Source of the DNA: Paracoccaceae bacterium
GTDB taxonomy: Bacteria > Pseudomonadota > Alphaproteobacteria > Rhodobacterales > Rhodobacteraceae
Assembly (NCBI GenBank): GCA_020629115.1
Contig: JAHDDY010000008.1
Coordinates: 3,916 to 67,915, forward strand
Direction of reading: 5' to 3'
DNA: 64,000 bases
In this document: piece by piece, positions 1 to 7,577 of the stretch
Position numbering within the stretch: position 1 is the first letter of the stretch
Layout: every line of letters starts with the position of its first letter
Notes under the pieces: generated by a model
What the model was told of the DNA's origin: nothing
The model's input: only the letters and a program-made list of their open reading frames with translations
The model's database searches: none
Translations under genes and position numbers: made by a program

Positions 1-507
1 CGGACGGGCCTGTCGTCGGTCTTCGCCACGCTCGGCGAACCGATCCTCGATGCCGCCTCGCTCGGGGAGGCGGGGCTAAGGGCCGTCATCGTCGATACGG
101 GCGTCCTGTGCCAGTACGCGGCGTTGCGGCGGCTGGTCGATCAGGCCGTCCTCGCCGATCTGTCCGCCCAGCTCGGTCTCGATCTCACGGCTCACGATGC
201 CCGCCGGGCCACGGGTGGCGAGGTCATCGATCTCGCCCGGGCGCTCGCCTGTCCCGAACCGGGACCGTCCGGCGACGTCGAGACGCTCATCCATGCCATC
301 CTGGATGACGGACTGAGATGCTGGACCTGCTGGGTTCACGCGCGACCGCCGGGAAGTACGCGTTTCCTCGAAGCGCTTGTCCCGGCGTTGCCCGGCGCTG
401 GCCCGGTTATTGCATCCGAACCCTGCAAACCCCGCGATTGCGCCCGTCGCGCCGCGCTCTTCCAGGCGCGGTTGACGAAGGCGTCCGAGGAGCGGGGCGG
501 AACCTAG
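1..507 (+). CDS. Partial (5'-truncated) hypothetical protein immediately upstream of sctL; the position fits an SctK-like cytoplasmic T3SS component
   Basis: Frame 1 is open from base 1 to TAG at 505-507. GC3 is very high over 1-300 and lower over 300-507. It ends 12 nt before sctL. No recognisable motif, so the function is positional inference only. Confidence 0.35.
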   Translation, partial: RTGLSSVFATLGEPILDAASLGEAGLRAVIVDTGVLCQYAALRRLVDQAVLADLSAQLGLDLTAHDARRATGGEVIDLARALACPEPGPSGDVETLIHAILDDGLRCWTCWVHARPPGSTRFLEALVPALPGAGPVIASEPCKPRDCARRAALFQARLTKASEERGGT

Positions 508-519
508 CGGGGCGATGCG

Positions 520-1155
520 ATGCAGGACGAACCGAACGACGCGGCCCCTCCGGCTCGGAGCGATGCCGTGTCGAAGATTCTTCGAGCGCAGGATTTCGAG
601 GCCCTCGCCAGCGCGCGGACCGGAATAGACCAGGCGCATTCCGAGGCCGACGCCATCGTCGCCGCCGCCCACGAGCAGGCGCAGGCCATCCGCGACGAGG
701 CGCGTGCCGAGGCCGAGGCCGACCGCGCCGCCCTCGTCGCCGAATACGCCGGGGCGATGCACGCGCAGATCGCGGCGATGCCGGACAGGATGGCGGATCT
801 CGCCATGGCCTGCCTGCGCCGGGTCCTCGACCCCATACCCGATGCGAAGGCCGTGGCCGGTGCCGTCGCGGCGACCCTTCGCGAGACCGATATCGCAGGC
901 GGGGCCGTGCTCGTCGTCGCGCCGCCCCTGATGCATACCCTGCGCGAGCAACTGGAGCGACGGGGCATCCCGGCGACGGTCATCGAGGTGCGCGGCGATC
1001 CGGAATGCCCCCTCGAATCGAGCGTCCTGCGCTCGCCCTTCGGGGATATCGAACTGGGCATCGAGCCGCAGTTGCGCGCCATCGAGCGCGGCCTGCGCGC
1101 CGCCGCGCGGAATGGCGACCCGCAGGGTAGCGACCCGCAGGGAGACACCGCATGA
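520..1155 (+). CDS. sctL: T3SS stator protein SctL (FliH/YscL family)
   Basis: 211 aa. Ala/Glu-rich coiled-coil N-terminal half (AHSEADAIVAAAHEQAQAIRDEARAEAEADRAA) typical of FliH/SctL. The stop overlaps the ATPase start (ATGA at 1152-1155). Confidence 0.7.
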   Translation: MQDEPNDAAPPARSDAVSKILRAQDFEALASARTGIDQAHSEADAIVAAAHEQAQAIRDEARAEAEADRAALVAEYAGAMHAQIAAMPDRMADLAMACLRRVLDPIPDAKAVAGAVAATLRETDIAGGAVLVVAPPLMHTLREQLERRGIPATVIEVRGDPECPLESSVLRSPFGDIELGIEPQLRAIERGLRAAARNGDPQGSDPQGDTA

Positions 1156-2522
1156 CGGCCCTCGCCGACAGCGTCGCGCGCCTTGGCCCGCTCGCAGCCC
1201 TCGACCGATTCGGCCAAGCGGCCCGGACCATGCCACTGCGTCCCGTCATGGGGCGCGTGTCCAAGGTCTCGGGCACCATCGTCGAGGCGGTGCTCTCCGG
1301 GGGACGACTGGGCGAGATCTGCGCGCTGGATGAGCCGGGGGAGGGCGCGGGGCCGCCCCGCCTGGCCGAGGTCGTGGGCTTTCGCGACGGGGTGGCGCTG
1401 CTCGGGGTCATCGGCGACATGACGGGCCTGTCCTCGCGCACGCGGGTCACGCCGACTGGCGTGCCGCTGTCGGCCCCGGTGGGCGAGGGGCTGCTGGGCC
1501 GCGTGCTCGACGGTCTCGGCAATCCGCTCGACACCCGCACGCGCGGCCCCCTCGCCGCCGCCGACCGCCGCCCCGCCGAGGCCGCGCCGACCGATGCCCT
1601 CGCCCGGATGCCCGTCACCCAGGCGATGCCGCTCGGCATCCCGGCCCTCGACGCGCTCAACGTTATCGGCGAGGGCCAGCGCGTGGGCCTCTTCGGCGAG
1701 CCGGGGACGGGCAAGTCGACCTTCGTCTCCGCCCTCGCCAAGGCAGCCTCGGCGGATGTCGCGGTCATCGCCATGGTGGGCGAGCGCGGGCGCGAGGTGA
1801 CGGAGTTCATCGAGGATACGCTCGGGGCCGAGGGCCTGGCTAAATCCGTCATCGTCGCGGCGACCTCCGACCGCCCGGCCATGGAGCGCATCAAGGCCCC
1901 CTTTATCGCCGCCGCCATCGCCGAATCGTTCCGGGACCAGGGCAAGCGCGTCCTCTTCCTGATGGACAGCCTGACCCGCCTCGCCCGCGCCCAGCGCGAG
2001 ATCGGCCTCGCCGCCGGCGAGCCGCCCGCCCGCCGCGCCTTTCCCCCGTCCGTCTTCGCGATGATGCCCAAGCTCATCGAGCGGGCCGGGGTCGCGCCGG
2101 GGGGCGGGTCGATCACGGGGTTCTACACGGTGCTCGTCGAGGATGACGGCGTGGGCGATCCCATCGCCGAGGAGGCCAAGTCCCTGCTCGACGGTCACGT
2201 CGTGCTCTCGCGCAAGCTCGCCGAGGCGGGCAAGTTCCCGGCGGTCGACGTGCTGGCGAGCCGCAGCCGGGTCATGGCGCGGGTCGTTGACGCCGATCAT
2301 TCCCGCGCCGCCGAGCGCGTGCGCGGGCTTCTCGCCCGCTATGACGAGATCGAGCTGCTGCTGCGCATGGGAGAATACGCGCGCGGGTCGGACCCCCTCG
2401 CCGACGAGGCCATCGACAAGAAGGAGCGGCTCGACGCCTTCATCCACCACGCGCTCGACAAGCCCGAAAGCTGGCAGACGATCACGGACGCGCTGTCCTT
2501 TCTGGCCACGCCCGACCGATGA
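1152..2522 (+). CDS. sctN: T3SS ATPase SctN (FliI/YscN family)
   Basis: 456 aa. Walker A GEPGTGKST. Hallmark VLFLMDSLTRLARAQREIGLAAGEPP segment, plus ITGFYTVLVEDDGVGDPIAEE and GHVVLSRKLAEAGKFPAVDVLAS. Confidence 0.95.
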   Translation: MTALADSVARLGPLAALDRFGQAARTMPLRPVMGRVSKVSGTIVEAVLSGGRLGEICALDEPGEGAGPPRLAEVVGFRDGVALLGVIGDMTGLSSRTRVTPTGVPLSAPVGEGLLGRVLDGLGNPLDTRTRGPLAAADRRPAEAAPTDALARMPVTQAMPLGIPALDALNVIGEGQRVGLFGEPGTGKSTFVSALAKAASADVAVIAMVGERGREVTEFIEDTLGAEGLAKSVIVAATSDRPAMERIKAPFIAAAIAESFRDQGKRVLFLMDSLTRLARAQREIGLAAGEPPARRAFPPSVFAMMPKLIERAGVAPGGGSITGFYTVLVEDDGVGDPIAEEAKSLLDGHVVLSRKLAEAGKFPAVDVLASRSRVMARVVDADHSRAAERVRGLLARYDEIELLLRMGEYARGSDPLADEAIDKKERLDAFIHHALDKPESWQTITDALSFLATPDR

Positions 2523-3013
2523 CCCCCGCCCAGCTCGCCGAGGCCCTGCGCGTGCGCCGCCGCCGGGAGGAACGCGCCCTCGCCACATTGCAGCAGGCGC
2601 GGGCCGTGGAGACCCAGGCCGCGGCGGCGCTGGCCGAGGCGCGGGGCGCGCTCTCCGCGTTCGACGCGCGGCTGGAGGCGGGTCTCGACGCCTTCCGGAA
2701 GCGCGCCCGCATGGGCGTCACGCCCCAGGGCCTGACCGGCATGCGCGCCTTCCACTCGGATCAGCTCAAGGCCCGCGAGGGCTTTCAGGAACCCATCGCC
2801 ATGGCCGAAGGCGCGCTCGCGCTGGCGCAGGACCGCGTGGCCGAGGCGCGCTTTCTCTGGCAGCGGGCAACCCAGGCGGCAGGGAACTTGCAGGAGATGG
2901 GCGACGGGATGACCCGTGCCGCCGCCCGCGACCGGGAGCGGCGACAGGAACAGGATCGCGACGAGCTTGCCGCGACGCGCGCGGCCCGTCTGGCCGGGGA
3001 AGGGAGGGACTAG
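2519..3013 (+). CDS. sctO: T3SS stalk protein SctO (FliJ/YscO-like coiled coil)
   Basis: 164 aa, Ala/Arg/Glu-rich predicted coiled coil. ATGA overlap with sctN, and in the conserved position after the ATPase. Confidence 0.6.
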   Translation: MTPAQLAEALRVRRRREERALATLQQARAVETQAAAALAEARGALSAFDARLEAGLDAFRKRARMGVTPQGLTGMRAFHSDQLKAREGFQEPIAMAEGALALAQDRVAEARFLWQRATQAAGNLQEMGDGMTRAAARDRERRQEQDRDELAATRAARLAGEGRD

Positions 3014-4084
3014 ATGGATACGCTCGATTTCCAGACCGACGACCGCCTCATGATTCGCCCTCTCGACCTGCCGTCGGTGCGCCCGCAAGCGGCCTGGCGC
3101 AACCGTGCGCTGTCCCGCGCCCGCGCCCCCGTCCCGGTGCTGGAGGATATCGCCGTATCGCTCGTGCCCGACACGCGGCTCGACTGGATGGGGGCGGGAA
3201 AGCGCGTCTCCATCGCGTTCTCGGCATCGGGGGAGGCGGGCTTCGTCACCACCGTCGTTCCCGTCGTCCAGCGCCTGCTTGCGCGAGCCGACCTGCCCGT
3301 CCGGCCAGATGCGCTCGACGCGGAGCTTGCCGCGCTGGCCATCGAGACCGTCCTGACGGAGCCGGTGGAGGCGCTCGAAGGGATGCTGGGCCGGTCCATC
3401 GCGCTTCACGCGCTCGATACCGTCTCGGATCGTCCCGATCTGGCGCATCTGTGTTTCGAAATGCGCATGGACGGGGACGGTCCGGCCTATCCGGGCACGA
3501 TCCACGCCCCCGCCGCGCTGCTCTCGGTCCTCGCCCGCGGCTGGATGGACCGGCCGGCCCTCGACGCGCCGCGGGAGGACGTGCGGCTGCCGCTCTCCTT
3601 CCGCGTCGCCTACACCGACCTGACCCTCTCGGCCCTGCGCAGCCTGCGGACGGGGGACGCGATGCTGTTCGACCGGATCGCGATGCAGGGCGGCGCGGCG
3701 GCGGCGCTGGGCGAGGCGATGCATAGCAGCGTGCGATTCGACGAAGAGGGCAACCTTCACCTCGCGGAGCCGTTCGCTGCCCCCGAACCTTACGGAATGG
3801 GAGAATTCCTGATGACAGACGACGATCCCGAACAGGCCGTACGCGCCGTCTCCGATGCCGATCTTGACGATCTGCCGGTGCGCCTCGTCTTCGAGGTCGG
3901 CCGGACCGACATGAGCGTCGCCGACCTGCGCGCGCTGACGGTCGGCGCGCCCCTGCCCCTCGACCGCCCCGCCTCCGCCGCGGTGCAGATCCTCGCCAAC
4001 GGGCGGCGGATCGGCGCGGGCGAGATGGTGATGATCGGCGAACAGCTCGGCGTGCGCATAACGCAGCTCAACGGCCATGGCTGA
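3014..4084 (+). CDS. sctQ: T3SS cytoplasmic ring / sorting platform protein SctQ (FliN/SpoA C-terminal domain)
   Basis: 356 aa. C-terminal SpoA-type segment LPVRLVFEVGRTDMSVADLRALTVGAPLPLDRPASAAVQILANGRRIGAGEMVMIGEQLGVRITQL. 8-nt overlap with sctR. Confidence 0.8.
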   Translation: MDTLDFQTDDRLMIRPLDLPSVRPQAAWRNRALSRARAPVPVLEDIAVSLVPDTRLDWMGAGKRVSIAFSASGEAGFVTTVVPVVQRLLARADLPVRPDALDAELAALAIETVLTEPVEALEGMLGRSIALHALDTVSDRPDLAHLCFEMRMDGDGPAYPGTIHAPAALLSVLARGWMDRPALDAPREDVRLPLSFRVAYTDLTLSALRSLRTGDAMLFDRIAMQGGAAAALGEAMHSSVRFDEEGNLHLAEPFAAPEPYGMGEFLMTDDDPEQAVRAVSDADLDDLPVRLVFEVGRTDMSVADLRALTVGAPLPLDRPASAAVQILANGRRIGAGEMVMIGEQLGVRITQLNGHG

Positions 4085-4733
4085 GGAACTGAACGCCAAC
4101 GTCCTGTCGCTCATCATCGTGGTGATGCTGCTCGGCTTCCTGCCCTTCGTGGCGGTTGCCGTGACGGCCTTCGCGAAGATCACGGTCGTCCTGCTGATCG
4201 TGCGCAACGCGCTCGGGGTGCAGCAGACGCCGCCGAACATGGTGATCTACGGCATCGCGCTGGTGCTGACCGTCTACATCGCCGCGCCGCTGGCGGCGCA
4301 ACTTCAGGGCATCCTGGCCGACCCGGCGCTGAACTTCGAGACGCTGGACGACTGGCTCGTCGTCTACGAGCAGGGGGTCGAGCCGATACGGGAATTCCTG
4401 CTGCGCCACGCGCGGCTCGACGACCGGGCCTTCTTCATGGAGGCGACGGCCTCGGTCTGGGGGCCGGAGATGGCGCAGGGCGTCGACAGCGAATCGCTCG
4501 CCGTCCTGGTGCCGGCCTTCCTCGTGTCGGAGCTGACCCGTGCGTTCGAGATCGGGTTCCTGCTGTACCTGCCGTTCCTGGCCATCGACCTCATCGTCTC
4601 GGCGGTGCTGATGTCGCTCGGCATGATGATGGTCTCGCCTATCATGATCGCGATTCCCTTCAAGCTGTTCCTGTTCGTGGCGGTCGACGGCTGGTCGCGC
4701 CTCGTCCAGGGCCTCGTCCTGAGCTACACATGA
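4077..4733 (+). CDS. sctR: T3SS export apparatus protein SctR (FliP family)
   Basis: 218 aa. FliP hallmark LVSELTRAFEIGFLLYLPFLAIDLIVSAVLMSLGMMMVSP. Confidence 0.95.
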   Translation: MAEELNANVLSLIIVVMLLGFLPFVAVAVTAFAKITVVLLIVRNALGVQQTPPNMVIYGIALVLTVYIAAPLAAQLQGILADPALNFETLDDWLVVYEQGVEPIREFLLRHARLDDRAFFMEATASVWGPEMAQGVDSESLAVLVPAFLVSELTRAFEIGFLLYLPFLAIDLIVSAVLMSLGMMMVSPIMIAIPFKLFLFVAVDGWSRLVQGLVLSYT

Positions 4734-4746
4734 GGAGGACGCACGG

Positions 4747-5016
4747 ATGACGGAGGACGTTCTCGCCCGCTACCTGCTGCTCGCGGCCCTGGCCAGCATG
4801 AAGAGCGCCGCCCCGCCGCTGATCGTGGCGGCCATCGTCGGCTTCATCGTCGCGCTCTTCCAGGGCGTGACGCAGATTCAGGACCAGAGCCTGCCGATCA
4901 CGCTCAAGATCCTCGTGGTCGGCGCGACCTTCCTCCTGTTCGGGGCGGCGCTGGCCAGCCCGGTGGTGATCCTCGCGGACGAGGCGCTGCGCATCTTCCC
5001 GACGGCCTCGCGATGA
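4747..5016 (+). CDS. sctS: T3SS export apparatus protein SctS (FliQ family)
   Basis: 89 aa, two hydrophobic helices, and QGVTQIQDQSLPITLKIL typical of FliQ/SctS. Confidence 0.9.
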   Translation: MTEDVLARYLLLAALASMKSAAPPLIVAAIVGFIVALFQGVTQIQDQSLPITLKILVVGATFLLFGAALASPVVILADEALRIFPTASR

Positions 5017-5099
5017 GGGGTGACCGACGATGACGACGCCTCGGCACGGGAGTGCGTCATTGACCGGCTCGACCGGCATCGAATGGCCTGCGCCGGGGG

Positions 5100-5906
5100 G
5101 TGCGGCCCATGCTTGAGTTGGTGGAATTCATCCTGCCCCTCATCGAGGCCGGTGCGCTGACCTTCGCGCGGCCCCTGGGCTTCATCATCGCCTTCCCGCT
5201 CTTCTCGTGGCTCGGGTTGCAGGGCATGATCCGGAACGTCACGGCCCTGGCCATCGGCGCGCCGTTCCTGACGCTGGTCTACACCCAGCTCGCCGCCTCG
5301 CCCGAGCCGCTGCCGGCCGAATACATCATGCTCCTCGCCGGCAAGGAATTCCTCGTCGGCCTGACGCTGGGGGTGGTCCTCGGCGTCCCGTTCTGGGGAG
5401 CGGAGATGGCGGGGGCCTATGTCGACGTGTACCGCGGCAGTTCGGCGGCCACGGTGGTCAGCCCGGACGCGATGGCGGAGCCGCTGGTCTCGGGCGCGAT
5501 CTTCTCCATCGCGCTGGTGGCGATCTTCCTCGCCATGGGGGGGCTGCGCATGGTGCTCGGCGTCCTCTACGAGAGCTACGACATATGGCCGTTCTTCCAG
5601 ATCGTGCCGCGTATCTCGGGCGACCTGTACCCGGTCTTCCTCGAAATCCTCGGCACCGTCGCGCGCATCGCGCTGACGCTGGGCGCGCCGCTGCTCATCG
5701 CCATGTTCGTCGCCGAGCTGGCGCTGGCCTTCACCAGCCGCTTCGCGCCGCAGATCAACATCTTCGATGCCATGCTCTCGCTCAAGAACATCGTCTTCCT
5801 CGTCGTCCTGCCGCCCTACCTGTACTTCCTCGCCCGCTACTACGGGTCGGAGGTGCTCGACCTGCCGGGCCTGACGGATATCCTGCGCCGGGTGGTCGGA
5901 CCATGA
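5100..5906 (+). CDS. sctT: T3SS export apparatus protein SctT (FliR family)
   Basis: 268 aa polytopic membrane protein in the FliR position. Start uncertain: GTG at 5100 or ATG at 5109. 4-nt overlap with sctU. Confidence 0.9.
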   Translation: MRPMLELVEFILPLIEAGALTFARPLGFIIAFPLFSWLGLQGMIRNVTALAIGAPFLTLVYTQLAASPEPLPAEYIMLLAGKEFLVGLTLGVVLGVPFWGAEMAGAYVDVYRGSSAATVVSPDAMAEPLVSGAIFSIALVAIFLAMGGLRMVLGVLYESYDIWPFFQIVPRISGDLYPVFLEILGTVARIALTLGAPLLIAMFVAELALAFTSRFAPQINIFDAMLSLKNIVFLVVLPPYLYFLARYYGSEVLDLPGLTDILRRVVGP

Positions 5907-6961
5907 GCGGCGATACCTCGGAGGAAAAATCCCTACCGCCCTCGGAGAAGAAGCTCCAGGAGGGCCGCAAGAAGGGGCAGATCGCCAAGAGCGCCGACAT
6001 GGTCTCGGCGATCGTGATGATCTTCCTCGTCGCCTATCTCGTCCTCGGCTGGTCCGTGATCGAGACCGCCTTCGCGCGGATGTTCGACACGGCGGGGCTG
6101 ACGGCGGCGCGCGGAGGGCCTGATTCGTGGAACATCGCCATCCGCGATACCTGGGCGGCGATGGGCACCATCATGCTGCCGCTCTACGGCGTCTCCTTCC
6201 TCGCCATCTTCCTCGGCTCGGTGATCTCCAACAAGGGCATCGTCGTCTCCTTCGATCAGGTGAAGCCCGACCTGAAGAAGATCCACCCCGTCGAGGGCTT
6301 CAAGAAGATCTTCAGCATCCGCAACTTCATCGAGTTCCTCAAGGCGCTGGTGAAGAGCATGTTGATCCTGCTCGTCCTGGCCGTGATCGGGTGGTGGGGC
6401 TTCCGGTCGATCATGCGGGCGCCGCTCTGCCGCCCGGACTGCTCCGACGACGTGCTGATGATCGTGGTCGTGCCGCTCGTCCTCGCGGCCATGGCGCTTT
6501 TCCTGATTTCCGCGCTCGTGGACATGACGCTTCAGAAATGGCTGTTCACCCGCGACATGAAGATGACCCATTCCGAGATGAAGCGGGAAATGAAGGAGAT
6601 CTACGGCGATCCCATGGTGCGCCGCGCCCGCAACGAGGCCCGGCGCGGGGATTCGGGGGGCGGCGGATCGGGCAAGGCGTCCAGCTTCCTCGATTCAACC
6701 GCACCGACGATTCTCGTCTGCTCGGGCGGGCAGATCGCGGTCGGCCTGCGCTACGTGCCCGGCGAGACGCCCGCGCCGATCGTCGTGGCGAAGGGCACCG
6801 GCGCACGGGCCGCCGCCCTGATCGCCGAGGCGGTGGGCATCGGAGCACCGGTCACGAACGACCCGGATCTCGCCCTGGCGCTGCTCCAGCAGGGTCGAAT
6901 CGAGACATTCGTGCCGGAGTCCCTTTTTAAGGAAGTGGCCCGCGTCATGAGAAAATCGTAG
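5903..6961 (+). CDS. sctU: T3SS export switch protein SctU (FlhB/YscU family) with a non-canonical autocleavage site
   Basis: 352 aa from ATG 5903, inside track ORF 5207..6961. N-terminal EKSLPPSEKKLQEGRKKGQIAKS, linker HSEMKREMKEIYGDPMVRRARNEARR, and C-terminal IAVGLRYVPGETPAPIVVAKGTG. The NPTH position reads SGGQ. Confidence 0.9.
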   Translation: MSGDTSEEKSLPPSEKKLQEGRKKGQIAKSADMVSAIVMIFLVAYLVLGWSVIETAFARMFDTAGLTAARGGPDSWNIAIRDTWAAMGTIMLPLYGVSFLAIFLGSVISNKGIVVSFDQVKPDLKKIHPVEGFKKIFSIRNFIEFLKALVKSMLILLVLAVIGWWGFRSIMRAPLCRPDCSDDVLMIVVVPLVLAAMALFLISALVDMTLQKWLFTRDMKMTHSEMKREMKEIYGDPMVRRARNEARRGDSGGGGSGKASSFLDSTAPTILVCSGGQIAVGLRYVPGETPAPIVVAKGTGARAAALIAEAVGIGAPVTNDPDLALALLQQGRIETFVPESLFKEVARVMRKS

Positions 6962-7290
6962 ATTGTATAATACCAGGATTCCTGACCGAATTCGTTTTAG
7001 TAGAATGTATCTTATTGACACTTAAGGCGACCTCACGTACGTATGAGCCATGGGAACGATACGTCGAAATGTTCGAAAGTAGCACGGTGACTGGAGAACT
7101 CTCTTCGGTTCTGAAGGCCGACTCGAATGGGGAAGCCATGCGCCGTTACCAACGGCAACTGGCGGATGCGTCGAAGCGGGTGGAGGAGCTTCCCAGAGGG
7201 GCAATCAAAGACACGTCAACCAAGGCCTTGCAGGCCGGATCGACTCTCCTCCCGGTTTTGTGGAGAGACATCAACAGGAGTTAGACTATC
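6962..7290 (+). promoter_or_regulatory. AT-rich spacer between sctU and the 64-aa gene; probable internal promoter/regulatory region
   Basis: The first 60 nt are roughly one-third GC by hand count, against a visibly much higher surrounding GC. Contains TAGAAT (7001-7006), TTGACA (7015-7020) and SD AGGAG (7276-7280). No clear -35/-10 pair at canonical spacing. Confidence 0.4.
7015..7284 (+). CDS. Questionable small ORF (89 aa from TTG; in-frame ATGs at about 7068 and 7138) inside the AT-rich spacer
   Basis: Open frame, but GC3 is only about 55% against about 90% in neighbouring genes. No motif recognised. It may be a non-coding leader. Confidence 0.2.
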   Translation: MTLKATSRTYEPWERYVEMFESSTVTGELSSVLKADSNGEAMRRYQRQLADASKRVEELPRGAIKDTSTKALQAGSTLLPVLWRDINRS

Positions 7291-7485
7291 ATGGCACAGA
7301 ACCTTTCCAGCATCGGCAACCAGACCGGCTCCACCGGCACCTCGGGCGACAACGGCTCCGACGACGCCGTCGCATCCATGGAAGCCGCTTTCGACCGCGC
7401 CATCGCCAAGGCGGCACAGGTCACCGAGAAGCGCATGGAGGGCGGCTCGGCTCTCGACGCGGCCCGGACCCGCCTCTCGAACTGA
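7291..7485 (+). CDS. Small (64 aa) T3SS-associated protein; candidate secreted needle/pilus-type subunit
   Basis: SD AGGAG lies 10 nt upstream of the ATG. Gly/Ser/Thr/Asn-rich N-terminus followed by a predicted helix (DDAVASMEAAFDRAIAKAAQVTEKRM). Followed by a strong intrinsic terminator. The coding call is fairly secure; the function is inferred. Confidence 0.6.
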   Translation: MAQNLSSIGNQTGSTGTSGDNGSDDAVASMEAAFDRAIAKAAQVTEKRMEGGSALDAARTRLSN

Positions 7486-7513
7486 TACGGTCTTTGCAGA
7501 CTGTCTGGTTGCG

Positions 7514-7557
7514 AGGACTTCGCCGGCCGCGTGCGTCTGGCGAAGTCCTTTTCGTTT
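7514..7557 (+). terminator. Rho-independent terminator after the 64-aa gene
   Basis: Perfect 11-bp stem AGGACTTCGCC (7514-7524) / GGCGAAGTCCT (7539-7549), 14-nt loop, then TTTCGTTT. Confidence 0.8.
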
Positions 7558-7577
7558 AGGGGGTATCGTGTTCCGGG

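Noticed and set aside
504-2588. Long antisense or off-frame ORFs throughout the track (for example 504..2588 -, 2143..3726 +, 11482..15180 +, 21683..25591 -, 25564..27444 -, 47147..49531 -, the upstream part of 48916..53964 -, 36547..38406 -)
   Set aside because: Their translations are Arg/Pro/Gly/Ala-rich low-complexity strings with no motifs. They overlap genes that have clear family signatures on the other strand or frame. Long spurious ORFs are expected at this GC content because stop codons are rare.
5017-5099. The 83-nt gap between sctS and sctT, containing a possible 28-codon ORF starting near 5029
   Set aside because: No SD, arbitrary composition, and it overlaps the sctT start. The gap more likely reflects uncertainty in the sctT start or simple spacer sequence.
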